This document shows, piece after piece, positions 1-10,829 of a stretch of 64,000 nucleotides of DNA. The DNA lies in NCBI GenBank assembly GCA_963829565.1, contig CAWHJC010000017.1, positions 28,797 through 92,796 on the forward strand. The letters are read 5' to 3'. A model generated the notes under the pieces. That model was not told the DNA's origin and ran no database searches. It saw nothing but the letters and a program-made list of their open reading frames with translations. Position 1 is the stretch's first letter; each line of letters begins with the position of its first letter. Position numbers and translations under genes: made by a program. The stretch comes from an uncultured Actinomycetota bacterium. Lineage in GTDB: Bacteria; Actinomycetota; Actinomycetes; JACCUZ01.

Positions 1-815
1 ACGGTCGCCCCGCTGACCACCGCCGCGGCCGAGTTCTTCAAGGAGGAGCAGTCGGGCGTCAACGTGACGGTCGGCACCTCCGGCACCGGTGGCGGTTTCG
101 AGAAGTTCTGCGCCGGCGAGACCGACATCTCCGACGCCTCCCGCCCGATCGACGAGGAGGAGGAGGTCCCGCTCTGCCAGGAGGCCGGTGTCGAGTACAC
201 CGAGATCCCCGTCGCGAACGACGCCCTCACCGTCGTGGTCAGCACGGACAACGACTGGGCCGACTGCCTCACGACCGAGCAGCTGAAGGCGATCTGGGAG
301 CCGGGGTCGAAGGTCAAGTCCTGGAAGGACGTCGACCCGAGCTTCCCCGACGAGAAGCTGGAGCTCTTCGGTCCCGGCACCGACTCCGGAACGTTCGACT
401 ACTTCACCGACGTGATCAACGGTGAGGAGGGCGCCAGCCGCGAGGACTACTCCCCGTCCGAGGACGACAACGTCATCGTGCAGGGCGTCTCCGGCAGCAA
501 GGGTGGCCTGGGCTACTTCGGATTCACCTACTTCGAGGAGAACAGCGACACGCTCAAGGCGCTCAAGATCGACAGCGGCGAGGGCTGCGTCGCGCCGAGC
601 GCCGAGACCGCGCAGGACGGCACCTACACGCCGCTCTCGCGGCCGCTGTTCATCTACCCGTCCAAGGCCGCCGCGCCGACAAGCCCGAGGTCAAGGCGTT
701 CCTCGAGTTCTACCTGGAGAACGACGCCGAGATCGCCGAGGCGGCTCAGTTCATCCCGCTGAACGACGAGCAGAAGACCGAGGCGCAGGCCGCGTTCGAC
801 GCGCTCGCTGGGTGA
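1..815 (+). CDS. pstS: Phosphate ABC transporter substrate-binding protein PstS (5' end outside window; frameshift near 680)
   Basis: In-frame from base 1. Translation (TGGGFEKFCAGETDISDASRPI...GLGYFGFTYFEEN...KIDSGEGCV) is typical PstS. The C-terminal tail (DKPEVKAFLEFYLENDAEIAEAAQFIPL...) resumes in another frame after ~680 and ends at TGA 813-815. Followed by pstCAB. Confidence 0.85.
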
Positions 816-817
816 CG

Positions 818-1767
818 ATGGCGCCCGTCACCTCCACACCGGCCGTGACTGCCGCAGGGAAGTCCTTGCGGCAGTCACGGCCGCGCTGGGGCGAACGCAT
901 CATCGAGTCGATGCTGTTCGTCGCAGCCCTGGTCTCGGTCGCGACGACGATCGGCATCGTCATCGCCGTGGCTGTCCCCACCGAGGAGTTCTTCCGGGAG
1001 ATCTCCTTCAAGGAGTTCTTCACCGGGACCGCGCTGGACGCCGTTGTTCGCCGACCCGTCCTACGGCGTGCTGCCGCTGGTCTCGGCGACGATCATGGTC
1101 ACGATCATCGCCATGCTCGTGGCGATCCCGCTCGGTGTCGGCGCGGCGATCTACCTGAGCGAGTACTCCGCGGAGCGGACGCGCAAGGTCCTCAAGCCGG
1201 TGCTCGAGGTCCTCGCCGGCATGCCGACGGTGGTCTACGGCTTCTTCGCCCTCAAGGGCATCACGCCGTTCCTGCGCGACATCTGGCCGGCGGGGGACGG
1301 ACCGGCGGTGTTCAACGCGCTCGTCGCCGGCTTCGTCATGGGCATCATGATCATCCCCACCGTCGCGTCGCTGTCCGAGGACGCCATGTCCGCGGTGCCG
1401 CGCAGCCTGCGCGACGGCGCCTACGCGCTGGGCAGCTCGAAGATGCTCGTGGCGACGCGAGTGGTCGTCCCCGCGGCCATCTCGGGCATCATCGCGGCGT
1501 TCGTGCTCGGCCTGTCCCGCGCGATCGGCGAGACGATGATCGTCACCATCGCCGGCGGCGGGCAGGCCGAACCTGTCCTGGAACCCGCTCGAGGGCATGC
1601 TGACGATGACGGCGTTCATCGCCCAGGCCGGCTCGGGTGACGTACCGGTCGGCTCGATCGACTACAAGACGATCTTCGCGGTCGCCTCGCTGCTGTTCGT
1701 CATGACGTTCGCGCTGAACCTGCTCAGCATCCGACTGGTCCGCAAGTACCGCGAGGTGTACGAGTGA
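818..1767 (+). CDS. pstC: Phosphate ABC transporter permease PstC (two frameshifts, ~1040 and ~1585)
   Basis: Starts [13 protein letters not shown]-track fragments 422..1603 (tail), 1044..1640 and a third frame carrying ...[65 protein letters not shown]. Classic PstC TM/EAA region. Confidence 0.8.
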
Positions 1768-2667
1768 CAGCCACTGTCCCGCGTACGACCGCCGGCTCCT
1801 CCCCGAGCTCGCTGCGCGGCACCCGGCGTCCCCGCGCGAGACTGGTCTTCCGGATCGCGCTGCAGACCTCCCTCGCCATCGCGGTCGTCGTTCCTCGTGG
1901 TGCTGCTCGTCTACGTCGTGTGGACCGGCTCGCCGCGGCTGGACATGGACCTGCTGCGCAACATGCCGTCGACACTGCGCCCCGAGACCGCCGGCGCCCA
2001 GTCCGCGATCACCGGCACGCTGTGGGTGATCACCCTGACCGCGCTGTTCACGGTGCCGATCGGCGTGATGTCCGCGATCTACCTGGAGGAGTACGCCGAC
2101 CAGACCAAGTGGTGGAACAAGGTCATCGACATCAACATCCAGAACCTCGCGGCCGTCCCCTCCATCGTCTACGGCATCCTGGGGCTCGGCGTCATCGCGC
2201 GCGGGCTGGGGCTCGGCCTCACCGTGCTCGCGGCCGCCGTCACGCTGTCGCTGCTGGTGCTGCCGGTCGTCATCATCTCCGGCCGCGAGGCCATCCGGGC
2301 GGTGCCCAACTCGATCCGCTTCGGCTCGCTCGCGCTGGGCGCGACCAAGTGGCAGACGATCTGGAAGCAGGTGCTGCCGGCGGCCGTTCCGGGCACGGCC
2401 ACCGGGTCGATCCTGGCGCTCTCGCGCGCGATCGGCGAGGCTGCGCCGCTGCTCCTGCTGGGCGCGCTGGCCTACATCTCGTTCAACCCCGACGGTGTCC
2501 TGAGCCAGTTCACCGTGCTGCCGGTCCAGATCTACGACTTCATCAAGCAGTCCCGTGAGGAGTTCGTGCCGCTGGCGTCGGCGGCCATCGTCGTCCTGCT
2601 CGTCATCCTGCTGGCCATGAACTCCGTGGCCATCTTCCTTCGCAACAAGTTCCAGAGGCGCTGGTGA
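1764..2667 (+). CDS. pstA: Phosphate ABC transporter permease PstA (frameshift ~1890)
   Basis: GTG start overlaps the pstC stop (GTGA). ORF 1764..2558 N-terminus switches frame into ORF 1897..2667 ([19 protein letters not shown]...[19 protein letters not shown]...KFQRRW*). Confidence 0.8.
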
Positions 2668-3568
2668 CCATGACCGAGTCGATGCAGGACACTGCAACCG
2701 GACTCTCGACGACCAAGGCACCAACGGCACTGGAGGCCACGCCCATGTCCGCTGAGGCGGCCGCACCCCGCAGGACGCTCGGGACCGAGATCAACTCGGT
2801 CTTCGAGATGAGCGACGTCAGCGTGTTCTACGGCAACTACCAGGCCGTCCGCGAGGTCAGCATGCTGGTCGGGTCGCAAGGAGATCACGGCGCTGATCGG
2901 CCCGTCCGGCTGCGGCAAGAGCACCATCCTGCGCTGCTTCAACCGGATGAACGACCTGGTGCCCGGCGCTCGGGTCGCCGGCAAGATCACCTACCACGAC
3001 GAGGACCTGTACGCCGACTACGTCGACCCGATCGAGGTCCGCCGGCGGATCGGCATGGTCTTCCAGAAGCCCAACCCGTTCCCGAAGTCGATCTACGACA
3101 ACATCGCCTACGGGCCACGGGTCAACGGGGTCAAGAAGGGCCTCGACGACATCGTCGAGCAGGCCCTGACCGGCGCGGCCCTCTGGGACGAGGTCAAGGA
3201 CAAGCTGAAGGAGAGCGCGCTGGCGCTCTCGGGTGGTCAGCAGCAGCGGCTGTGCATCGCCCGGACGATCGCCGTCGAGCCCGAGGTGATCCTGATGGAC
3301 GAGCCGTGCTCGTCGCTCGACCCGATCGCCACCGCCAAGATCGAGGACCTGATGCACGACCTGGCGCGGGACTTCACGATCGTGATCGTCACCCACAACA
3401 TGCAGCAGGCCGCCCGCGTCTCGGACCGGACGGCGTTCTTCACCGCCGACGTGGACGACGACGGCGTCCGGCACGGCCGGCTGGTGGAGTTCGACAAGAC
3501 CGGCACGCATCTTCAGCAACCCCGGCGACCGCCGCACCGAGGACTACATCACCGGCCGCTTCGGCTAA
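2664..3568 (+). CDS. pstB: Phosphate ABC transporter ATP-binding protein PstB (frameshifts ~2875 and ~3510)
   Basis: ORF 2664..3593 N-terminus, then ORF 2947..3657 carrying Walker/ABC signature ([33 protein letters not shown]). The canonical C-terminus ...[22 protein letters not shown] appears in a third frame ending TAA ~3566-3568. Confidence 0.8.
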
Positions 3569-3584
3569 CCCCTCCCCGATCTTT

Positions 3585-3682
3585 TCCCGTTGATCATGCA
3601 GCTGTGGTTGTCGGCCGGCATCTGCCGCAGGTCACAGCCTCGCACACCTGTCGTTGATCATGCAGTAGTGGTTGCTGACCGG
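3585..3682. repeat. Two tandem copies of a ~30-bp motif (GTTGATCATGCAGCTGTGGTTGTCGGCCG and variant GTTGATCATGCAGTAGTGGTTGCTGACCG); left arm of an inverted-repeat pair
   Basis: Direct reading of the sequence. The reverse complement recurs at 4755-4842. Confidence 0.8.
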
Positions 3683-4703
3683 TCATGCTCCGCCACCACG
3701 CGCCGCGTCCCAGCCGCCACCTCGCGGATGGTGCCGGCTGAGCCGGAAGCCGACGCCGAGCAGCTCCGCCACGCCGCGCTCGAACGCAAGCCCCCGGCCG
3801 ATGACGTGCTCGCCGGTCACCACGGCGACCTGCCCAGCCGCAGCTTCGACGTCCTGGCGCCGGCGCCGGTCATGCAGCTGCTGCTGACGTGTCCGCGTGG
3901 GCCACGTCCCCGTCGTACTCGAGAGCCTTCCGCTCCTCGCGCCGCCCGAGGTCGAGGCGCGCGACGAACAGGCCGAGGTCGTCGAACACCTCGACCTGCG
4001 GCTCGAACGGCGGGAAGCCGGCGTCATGGGCGCGCAGCCGGGTGCGGCTCTCCATCGCGGACTCCGCACGGGCGTCGGCGAAGGCCACGAGCTCGCGCGC
4101 CTGCACGACGCCGCGGTACCTGGCGAACTGCTCCACCAGCTCGGCCAGACCCGCACGGCCGACCCCCGGCAGCCGCGACGAACACGTCCAGCGTGGCCAG
4201 CGCGTCGGGCCTGGCGCAGCAGGCGCGCGATGTCCACAGCCGTGCGGAGCGGCGATCGTGACGCGGAGACCGCCGAGCTCCACGACGTCGCTCTGCGGCC
4301 AGGCGGCCGGTGTGGCCGGCCATGCCGAGCCGCCGCGGTGGCCGCCGACCCGGCAGGCCTCATCAGGTCGATCGGCGGCACGGTCGGTGGGCGCCCATCG
4401 CCGACACCTCGACGCCCCAGAGCCAAGCCGCTGTCCGGAGACACACGACCACGTCCTGCGGGACGACCAACGCCAGCGCGCGCGCTCGAAGGCGGAGGTC
4501 CACGTCGCGGGACGAGTCGACGTAGACGCCGCGAAGCAGGCGGCGGACCCGACCGGCGTCAGCAGGGCACGCAGCGCTCGCCTGGTCAGACCGCACATCG
4601 CGTGCCATGGCGGTCGTGAACGGCTCGAGGCCGAAGACCGTGGCGTACGTCGCACGAGCCCATGCTGTTGCGATCGGCGCCGACCGCCCGCCGTCTTGTC
4701 CAC
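3683..4703 (-). CDS. DUF559 / AbiEi_4-like (very-short-patch-repair endonuclease-like) protein, frameshifted across >=3 ORF fragments; possibly a pseudogene
   Basis: Minus-strand fragments: ...AGRVRRLLRGVYVDSSRDVDLRLRARALALVVPQDVVVCLRTAAWLWGV (AbiEi-like N-terminus), ...LDLGRREERKALEYDGDVAH (DUF559 core EYDG), ...VAVVTGEHVIGRGLAFERGVAELLG (C-terminus). Exact ends uncertain. Confidence 0.5.
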
Positions 4704-4754
4704 AGGCCGGCCGCCGAGCGGGCGCCGGCCGAGCGCCGGCGGCGGCCACCGACC

Positions 4755-4842
4755 ACAACCACAGCTGCATGATCGGCGACGAGTCGGGAGGGGTGTGACC
4801 TGCGAGACGCGCGGCCGACAACCACAGCTGCATGATCAACGG
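4755..4842. repeat. Right arm: two inverted copies of the 3585-3682 motif (4808-4840 is a perfect reverse complement of 3586-3617)
   Basis: GCGGCCGACAACCACAGCTGCATGATCAACGGGG is the RC of CCCCGTTGATCATGCAGCTGTGGTTGTCGGCCGC. An internal variant sits at 4758-4790. Confidence 0.8.
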
Positions 4843-4858
4843 GGAAATGGGGTGGCGG

Positions 4859-5861
4859 CTACTCGAGGAAGAAGTGGACGACGTAGTAGACGCCGGCGGC
4901 GACGAGGCCGGCCATCGGGATCGTCAGCACCCACGCGATGAGGATGTTGCGCGCGACACGCCCAGCGCACCGCCTTCTGGCCGTGGACTGCGCCGACGCC
5001 CATGATGGATCCGGTGATGGTCTGCGTCGTCGAGATCGGCGCCTCGAAGACGTACGCCGTGGTGTAGAGCACCGACGACGCCGACGGTCTCGGCGGCGAA
5101 GCCGCGTCGGCGGGTCGATGTGGATGATCCGGCGCCCCAGGGTGCGCATGATGCGCCAGCCGCCGGAGTAGGTGCCGAGCGAGATCGCGCCGCGCGGCGA
5201 GGACGACCGACCCACCACGGGATGTCGAAGCTGTCCTGGTAGCCACCGGCGACCAGCGCCAGCACGATGACGCCCATCGTCTTCTGCGCGTCCTGCAGGC
5301 CGTGGCCGAGCGCCATCGCGGACGCCGACACGGTCTGCGCGAGACGGAACCCGCGGTTGACCGGTCCCGGCTTCCTGTTCTGGAACGCCCAGAGGATGCC
5401 CACCATGAGCAGGAAGGCGCCAGCGCCGCCGACGAGCGGCGACAGCAGCATCGGGTAGACGACCTTCTCGACCACGCTGAATCCCACTGCACGGTGACGC
5501 CGCCGGCCAGGCCCCCGCCGACCAGGCCGCCGATCAGCGCGTGCGAGGACGACGAGGGCATGCCGAAGTACCAGGTGATGAGGTTCCAGGTGATCGCCCC
5601 GAGCAGGGCGGCGAGCACCACCACCAGCGCGTGCTCGCCCGTCTCCGGTGCCTCGAGGACGCTGAAGACCGTCTTGGCGACCTTGGTGCCGAGGAACGCA
5701 CCGACGAAGTTCATGACCGCGGCCATCAGCAGGGCCACCCGCGGGGTGAGCGCGCGGGTCGACACCGACGTCGCGATCGCGTTCGCCGCGTCGTGGAAGC
5801 CGTTGGTGTAGTCGAAGATCAACGCGACCACGATGACCGCGATGATGGTGGCCAGCTCCAC
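4859..5861 (-). CDS. pitA: Low-affinity inorganic phosphate transporter PitA (frameshifted)
   Basis: ORF 4836..5861 N-terminus (MELATIIAVIVVALIFDYTNGFHDAANAIATSVSTRALTP...). Continues in ORFs 4924..5487 and 4859..5218 (...ILIAWVLTIPMAGLVAAGVYYVVHFFLE*). Immediately downstream of a DUF47 gene, the usual pairing. Confidence 0.8.
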
Positions 5862-5864
5862 CGG

Positions 5865-6488
5865 TCAGGACTCCTTGACCGCGATCGTCTCGACCGTGTT
5901 GGCCACGTGCTCGAACGCGTCGGCGGCGCCCTCGAGCTGGTCGACGACCTCCTTGAGCTTCAGCACGGTCAGCGCGTCGTACTCGCCGCTGAACAGCCGC
6001 GCCAGCAGCCGCCGGTAGACCTGGTCGGCCTGGTTCTCGAGCCGGTTGAGCTCGATCCAGAACTCGCTGAGGTCCTTCATCGAGCGCAGCCGCGGCATCG
6101 CGTCGGCGGTCAGCTCGGCGGCGCGCTCGAGGACGTCGACCTGGTCGGCGATCTCGGGCGGCAGCTCGTCGATGTTGTAGAGGACCACGAGGTCGACGGC
6201 CGCCTCCATGAAGTCCATGACGTCGTCCAGCGAGGACGCGAGGCGGTAGATGTCCTCGCGGTCGAAGGGCGTGACGAACGTCTCGTTGAGCTCCCGCATG
6301 ATCGCGTGGGTCGCCTCGTCGCCGGCGTGCTCGGCCGCGCGCATCTTCTCGGCGATCTGCTTGCGCTCGGCAGGGTCGGCGCCGAGCATCTCCTTGAGCA
6401 GGCCCGCGCCGACGATCAGGTTCTGCCCTGAGGTGGCGAACATGGCGTAGAAGCTGTTCTGGCGTGGGGTGAGGCGGATGCGCACGGG
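5865..6488 (-). CDS. DUF47 (PhoU-like, Pit accessory) protein
   Basis: ORF 5865..6512; ...RIRLTPRQNSFYAMFATSGQNLIVGAGLL...DELPPEIADQVDVLERAAE matches the DUF47/YkaA family. A GTG start near 6488 is more likely than the 6512 ATG. Confidence 0.75.
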   Translation of the reverse strand, partial: PVRIRLTPRQNSFYAMFATSGQNLIVGAGLLKEMLGADPAERKQIAEKMRAAEHAGDEATHAIMRELNETFVTPFDREDIYRLASSLDDVMDFMEAAVDLVVLYNIDELPPEIADQVDVLERAAELTADAMPRLRSMKDLSEFWIELNRLENQADQVYRRLLARLFSGEYDALTVLKLKEVVDQLEGAADAFEHVANTVETIAVKES

Positions 6489-6540
6489 CACTCCCGGATC
6501 AGGGCACGTCAATGGGGGGTGGAGGGTCCGGGGGTGGATG

Positions 6541-6819
6541 CTACGCAGGCTCGGGGCGATCCCCGCAATCCGGGGGCCGTACGGTGGTCAGCAGCCGGCT
6601 CAGGCCGACCGGGACGCGCCGCTCGCGGCGAAGGCCGAGGACCCGGTCGATCTCGGCCTGGCTGAGCGGCTCGTCCGATGCCGACGCGGCGATGACGAGC
6701 TCCCCGTAGAGCTCGATCTCGTCGAGGACCAACGGGTCCTCCAACCGTGAGTCGGCCTCGTGGGCCACCGGCTCTGCCTCCTCCGTCACTGCACCGGACC
6801 CCCGTCGGGCACCGTGCAT
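6541..6819 (-). CDS. Hypothetical small protein (92 aa)
   Basis: Intact ORF with protein-like composition (DPLVLDEIELYGELVIAASASDEPLSQAEIDRVLGL). No family recognised. Confidence 0.4.
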   Translation of the reverse strand: MHGARRGSGAVTEEAEPVAHEADSRLEDPLVLDEIELYGELVIAASASDEPLSQAEIDRVLGLRRERRVPVGLSRLLTTVRPPDCGDRPEPA

Positions 6820-7012
6820 TTCCAGGGCCCCAGCCTAGGTATGACCCGGTTTGGCACGCCATGACCCGCCTGGGCCATTCCCCAGGTGGCCCGCAGGGGT
6901 CACTCACCGGAACCGCACCCTCACTGCTGAGGGGGTCACCTGGGTGACATGTCCCCCGAAGAGCAACATCCGGGCAAAGTCGCTTGCGCGGACCGGCTCA
7001 CGTCCGGGCTCA

Positions 7013-8365
7013 CGCCGTCGCCAGCGCGTCCAGGGCATCGGCAGAACACCTCGGTGTGCCGGTCGACGTCCGCCTCGGTCGTCGCCGGGGACATCAGCGC
7101 CATGTTGTGGAACGGCGTGAGCAGGATGCCGCGGTTGAGGGCGAACAGGTGCAGGAACTGCTCGAGCGCGAAGTCTCCGGCCGCGTGGGCCTCGGCGCCG
7201 GTCCGCGGCGCGGTCGGCGTGAAGGTGTACTCCCCACGGGCCCCCAGCCGGTTGCAGTGCCAGCCGCAGGCCGTGCCGGGCGATGCCGGCGTCGACGCCG
7301 TCGGCCCAGCGGTCCCCGAGCGGCAGCATCCGCGCGTACGCCTCCTCGGTCAGGACCTCGGCCAGCGTGACCCGCATCGCCGCGAGCGACAGCGCGTTGC
7401 CGGCCAGCGTCCCCCCGATCCCGCCGACGTCGATGTCCTCGAGCTCGACGGAGGCGGCGATCCGGTCGGCGACCTCGGCGGACATGCCGAACGCGCCGGC
7501 CGGGATGCCGCCGGCGATCGCCTTGCCCATCGTCATCAGGTCCGGCTCGAGGTCGTGCGCCCGGGTGTAGCCGCCGGGTCCGGCCGACAGGGTGTGGGTC
7601 TCGTCGATGATGAGCAGCACGTCGTGGCGGCGGGTGAGCTCGCGCAGCGCCGCGTGGTAGCCGTCGTCGGGCAGCACGATGCCGACGTTGGTCAGCGCCG
7701 GCTCGCACAGCACCGCCGCGACGTCGCCGGACGCCAGCGCGACCTCGAGGCCGGCCACGTCGTTGAACTCGACGACCCTCGTCGTCTCGGCCGGGTCGAC
7801 GGGAGGGCCGATGTTGCCGCGCCGCGCCACCGTACGGCCGGAGCCGTCCAGCGTCGCGAAGGTCTCGTCGACGCTGCCGTGGTAGCAGTAGTCGTGCACG
7901 ACGATCTTGCGCCGGCCGGTGAGGTGCCGGGCGTAGCGGATCGCGTGCCGGTTGGCGTCGGTGGCCGAGAGGGTGAACTGCCACAGCGGCAGCCCGAACC
8001 GCCGGCGCGAGCTCCTCGGCGACCACCACCGAGTCCTCGGTCGGGAGCATCGCGGTGATGCCGTGCCCGACCTGGTCGCGCACCGTCTCGACGGTCGGCT
8101 GCGGCGAGTGGCCCGTCATCGCGCCGGTGTCGCCGAGGCAGAGGTCGACGTAGTCGTGGCCGTCGACGTCGCGGAAGTGGGCACCCGACGCCTCGGCCAC
8201 GAAGACCGGGAACGGCCCGGGCCACTTGACCATCCAGCTCATCGGGACGCCGCCCGGCATGACCTCGCGGGCTCGCTCGAACAGCTCACCGACTGCGCGG
8301 GTGCTCGGCGACGAAGCGGTCGCGCTCGGCGGCGGTCAGTGCCGCGACGTGCTGGGGGTCGGTCA
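7013..8365 (-). CDS. Class III (PLP-dependent) aminotransferase, glutamate-1-semialdehyde aminomutase-like; frameshifted
   Basis: N-terminus MTDPQHVAALTAAERDRF...GELFERAREVMPGGVPMSWMVKWPGPFPVFVAEASGAHFRDVDGHDYVDLCLGDTGAM (ORF 7094..8260). Continues in ORF 6904..7899 (...VLLIIDETHTL...MTMGKAIAGGIP...). Probable C-terminus ...TEADVDRHTEVF.DALDALATA*. Confidence 0.7.
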
Positions 8366-8533
8366 TGGCCGCACGCTAGCCGCGGACCGAGGACATTGGG
8401 GATGGGGGCCGACGTCCCCTGCCGTGTGCCGGCCCCCATCTGGGGACTGGCCTTCCCACCCATATCGCAAGCAATCCTCGCGACCTGCGGCGTGATCGCG
8501 GGCCGGGATCCGGGGCCCGGCTAGGCTCCTCCG

Positions 8534-9671
8534 GTGCATCCCACGGACCACTGGGCGCGAGTGCGCCGGCTCCTGCTCGTCGGGTTCCTGACCGTGGTGA
8601 TGGCCCTGGCCGGACTGCTCGTCCTGGCGGCCGTCACGTCCTCCACCGGGTGGGTCGGCTTCCTCATCGGGCTCTGCCTGGCGCTGCTCCCGCTGCCCGT
8701 CGTGCTCGGCGCCTTCCGCTGGCTGGACCGCTACGAGCCGGAGCCGCGCGGCCTGCTGCTGTTCGCCTTCTTCTGGGGCGCGACCGTCGCCGCGCTGGCG
8801 GCCGCCGTCCTCAACACCGCCAGCTCGATCGCCATCGCCCGGACCGGTGGCGAGTCCGAGGGGATGGCCGCGACCGCCGTGCTGGTCGCCCCGTGGGTCG
8901 AGGAGGCGGCCAAGGGCGCGGCCGTGCTGCTCGTCCTGCTCTTCCGGCGGCACGAGTTCGACGGCGTGGTCGACGGCATCGTGCTGGCCGGGCTGTCCGG
9001 GGTCGGCTTCGCCTTCACCGAGAACATCCTGTACTTCGGGCGCGCCTTCCTGGCCGGCGGCGAGGAGCTCGGGGTGACCGGCGGCATCTTCGCCGTCGGG
9101 GTCACCTTCGTGCTCCGCGGTGTGCTGTCGCCGTTCGCCCACCCGCTCTTCACGGCGATGTTCGGCATCGGGCTCGGCCTGGCGGCCCGCGGCGTCAACC
9201 CGCTCGTGCGCTGGCTCGCGCCGGTCGCCGGCTACCTGCTGGCCGTGCTGCTGCACGCGACCTGGAACTGGGCGTCGCTGTCGGGGCTGTCCGGCTTCTT
9301 CACCGGCTACGTCCTGATCATGGTGCCGACGTTCGCGGCGACCGTCGCGGTCGCGGCCTGGTCACGGCGCCGCGAGGGGGCCACCGTGGCGGCTCGCCTC
9401 CCGACGTACGTCCATGCGGGCTGGCTGGCCCCCGAGGACGTGCCGATGCTCGCGTCGCTCCCCCGCCGCCGGCAGGCGCTGCGCTGGATCGAGCGGCGCC
9501 ACGGCGACGCCGGCTCGCGGGCCCTGCGCCAGTTCCAGCACGCGGCCACCGAGCTCGCGTTCCTCCGTGACCGGGTCGAGCGCGGGCACTCGGTGGCGGA
9601 CTTCCCCGCGCCGGGAGCGCGAGCTGCTCGCCGAGGTCGCGCGTACGCGGGCAGCGACCCGGCCGGGCTGA
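8534..9671 (+). CDS. prsW: PrsW-family intramembrane metalloprotease (frameshift ~9605)
   Basis: Multi-TM protein with EEAAKG and FTENILY motifs characteristic of PrsW. Tail continues in ORF 9414..9671. Confidence 0.75.
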
Positions 9672-9676
9672 CGGGG

Positions 9677-10042
9677 TCAGCGGTCAGCCGTCAGCCCGTC
9701 GTGGCCCACCAGGCCGGTCAACCAGCACTCGTCGTCCTCGAGGTCGGCGTGCAGGTCGATCAGGTCGTCGGGGGTGAAGGCCGGGCCGGCGGGCCGGGCC
9801 TCGGGGTGCTCGACGACCGGCGCGGAGAGGCTCAGGAACGTCACGCCACCGGACACCAGGGCAGCGACCGCGGTCGCGCCGATCGGGACGGCGGCCGTCT
9901 CGTGGCAGAACAGGCAGGTGAAGAGCGCCTCGCCCGAGGTCGACCGGTCGGCGTCGACGCGCACGAGCAGCCGTCGGGCGGTCATCGTGACCTCGGCCTG
10001 GCAGGCAGGGCAGATCAGCGTGAAGTGCGACGGAGCAGACAT
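9677..10042 (-). CDS. Hypothetical Cys-rich (zinc-ribbon-like) protein
   Basis: Intact 121-aa ORF with CPAC...CLFCHE motifs. Confidence 0.45.
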   Translation of the reverse strand: MSAPSHFTLICPACQAEVTMTARRLLVRVDADRSTSGEALFTCLFCHETAAVPIGATAVAALVSGGVTFLSLSAPVVEHPEARPAGPAFTPDDLIDLHADLEDDECWLTGLVGHDGLTADR

Positions 10043-10115
10043 GGCGACCTCCTCGGTGGTGTCCTCACCCTGCTCGCGCCCGCTGGCAGTTCACTTGCGG
10101 CCCACTTGAGAAGGC

Positions 10116-10703
10116 TCAAACCAGTCCGATGCCGAGCCGCGCCAGCGGCTCCACCAGCTCCCGCTCCTCGTAGGACAGGTGGGAGAGCAGGGTGTCGGTG
10201 AGCAGGTCGACCGCCGCCCGCACCGCCGCCACCTCGTCGGGGGCCGCGACCAGGCCGACCAGGGATGCGTCGACCCGCTCGAGCACTCTCGCGATCGCGT
10301 GGTGCTCCTCCTCCAGCCGGTCGATGACCGGGGCCAGCGCGGGGTCGGCCGCACGCAGCCCCGGGAACATCCGCTGGTCCTCGATGGTGTGGTGGACCGT
10401 GACGATGCGGCAGTACGTCTCGCAGTACGTGCCAAGGGTCCAGCTGTTCTGGCGCATCGTCATCGTGCTGATCAGTGACCGCGCCTCCCCGATCTCCCGG
10501 TTGCCCTCGGCGACCTGCTCGACCAGGTCGCGCAGCGTCGCCAGCTCGGCCCGCAGGTGGTCGTGGATCTGGACGAGGGCCTGCCCGTCCCGGCGGCCGG
10601 CCTCGGTGTAGGCGGCACCGGGCTCGCGGGTCGGCGCGACGGGTCGCGTCGACTCGTCCCATGCCTGCTCGGCACTCAGCCGGCGACCGTCGTCGGGCGT
10701 TGG
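10116..10703 (-). CDS. Hemerythrin HHE cation-binding domain protein
   Basis: ORF 10116..10823; ...IHDHLRAELATLRDL...VTVHHTIEDQRMFPGL...LEEEHHAIARVLERV... is the HHE-type metal-ligand pattern. The N-terminal boundary is uncertain and overlaps the LLM gene tail in another frame. Confidence 0.65.
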   Translation of the reverse strand, partial: PTPDDGRRLSAEQAWDESTRPVAPTREPGAAYTEAGRRDGQALVQIHDHLRAELATLRDLVEQVAEGNREIGEARSLISTMTMRQNSWTLGTYCETYCRIVTVHHTIEDQRMFPGLRAADPALAPVIDRLEEEHHAIARVLERVDASLVGLVAAPDEVAAVRAAVDLLTDTLLSHLSYEERELVEPLARLGIGLV

Positions 10704-10829
10704 GCGTGACGCCGACGTCGGTGGTGGCGACGGCCTCCCGCTCGGGCGCCGGCGCGGGCGTCCGCTCGGGAGCCGCGTCCTGGCCCGCGTCTGCCGCGTC
10801 CGGCGCGCCCGGCGCGCCCGCACCCCGCT

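Noticed and set aside
3590-4839. ORFs 3590..4261(+) and 4363..4839(-), both starting MIMQLWL...
   Set aside because: The shared N-terminus is simply the translation of the inverted-repeat motif (ATCATGCAGCTGTGGTTG) and is a repeat artefact. The real coding content is the DUF559 gene on the minus strand.
8363-9256. 297-aa minus-strand ORF, Arg/Gly/Asp/Glu-rich
   Set aside because: Antisense to the well-supported PrsW gene. Composition typical of stop-poor high-GC shadow frames.
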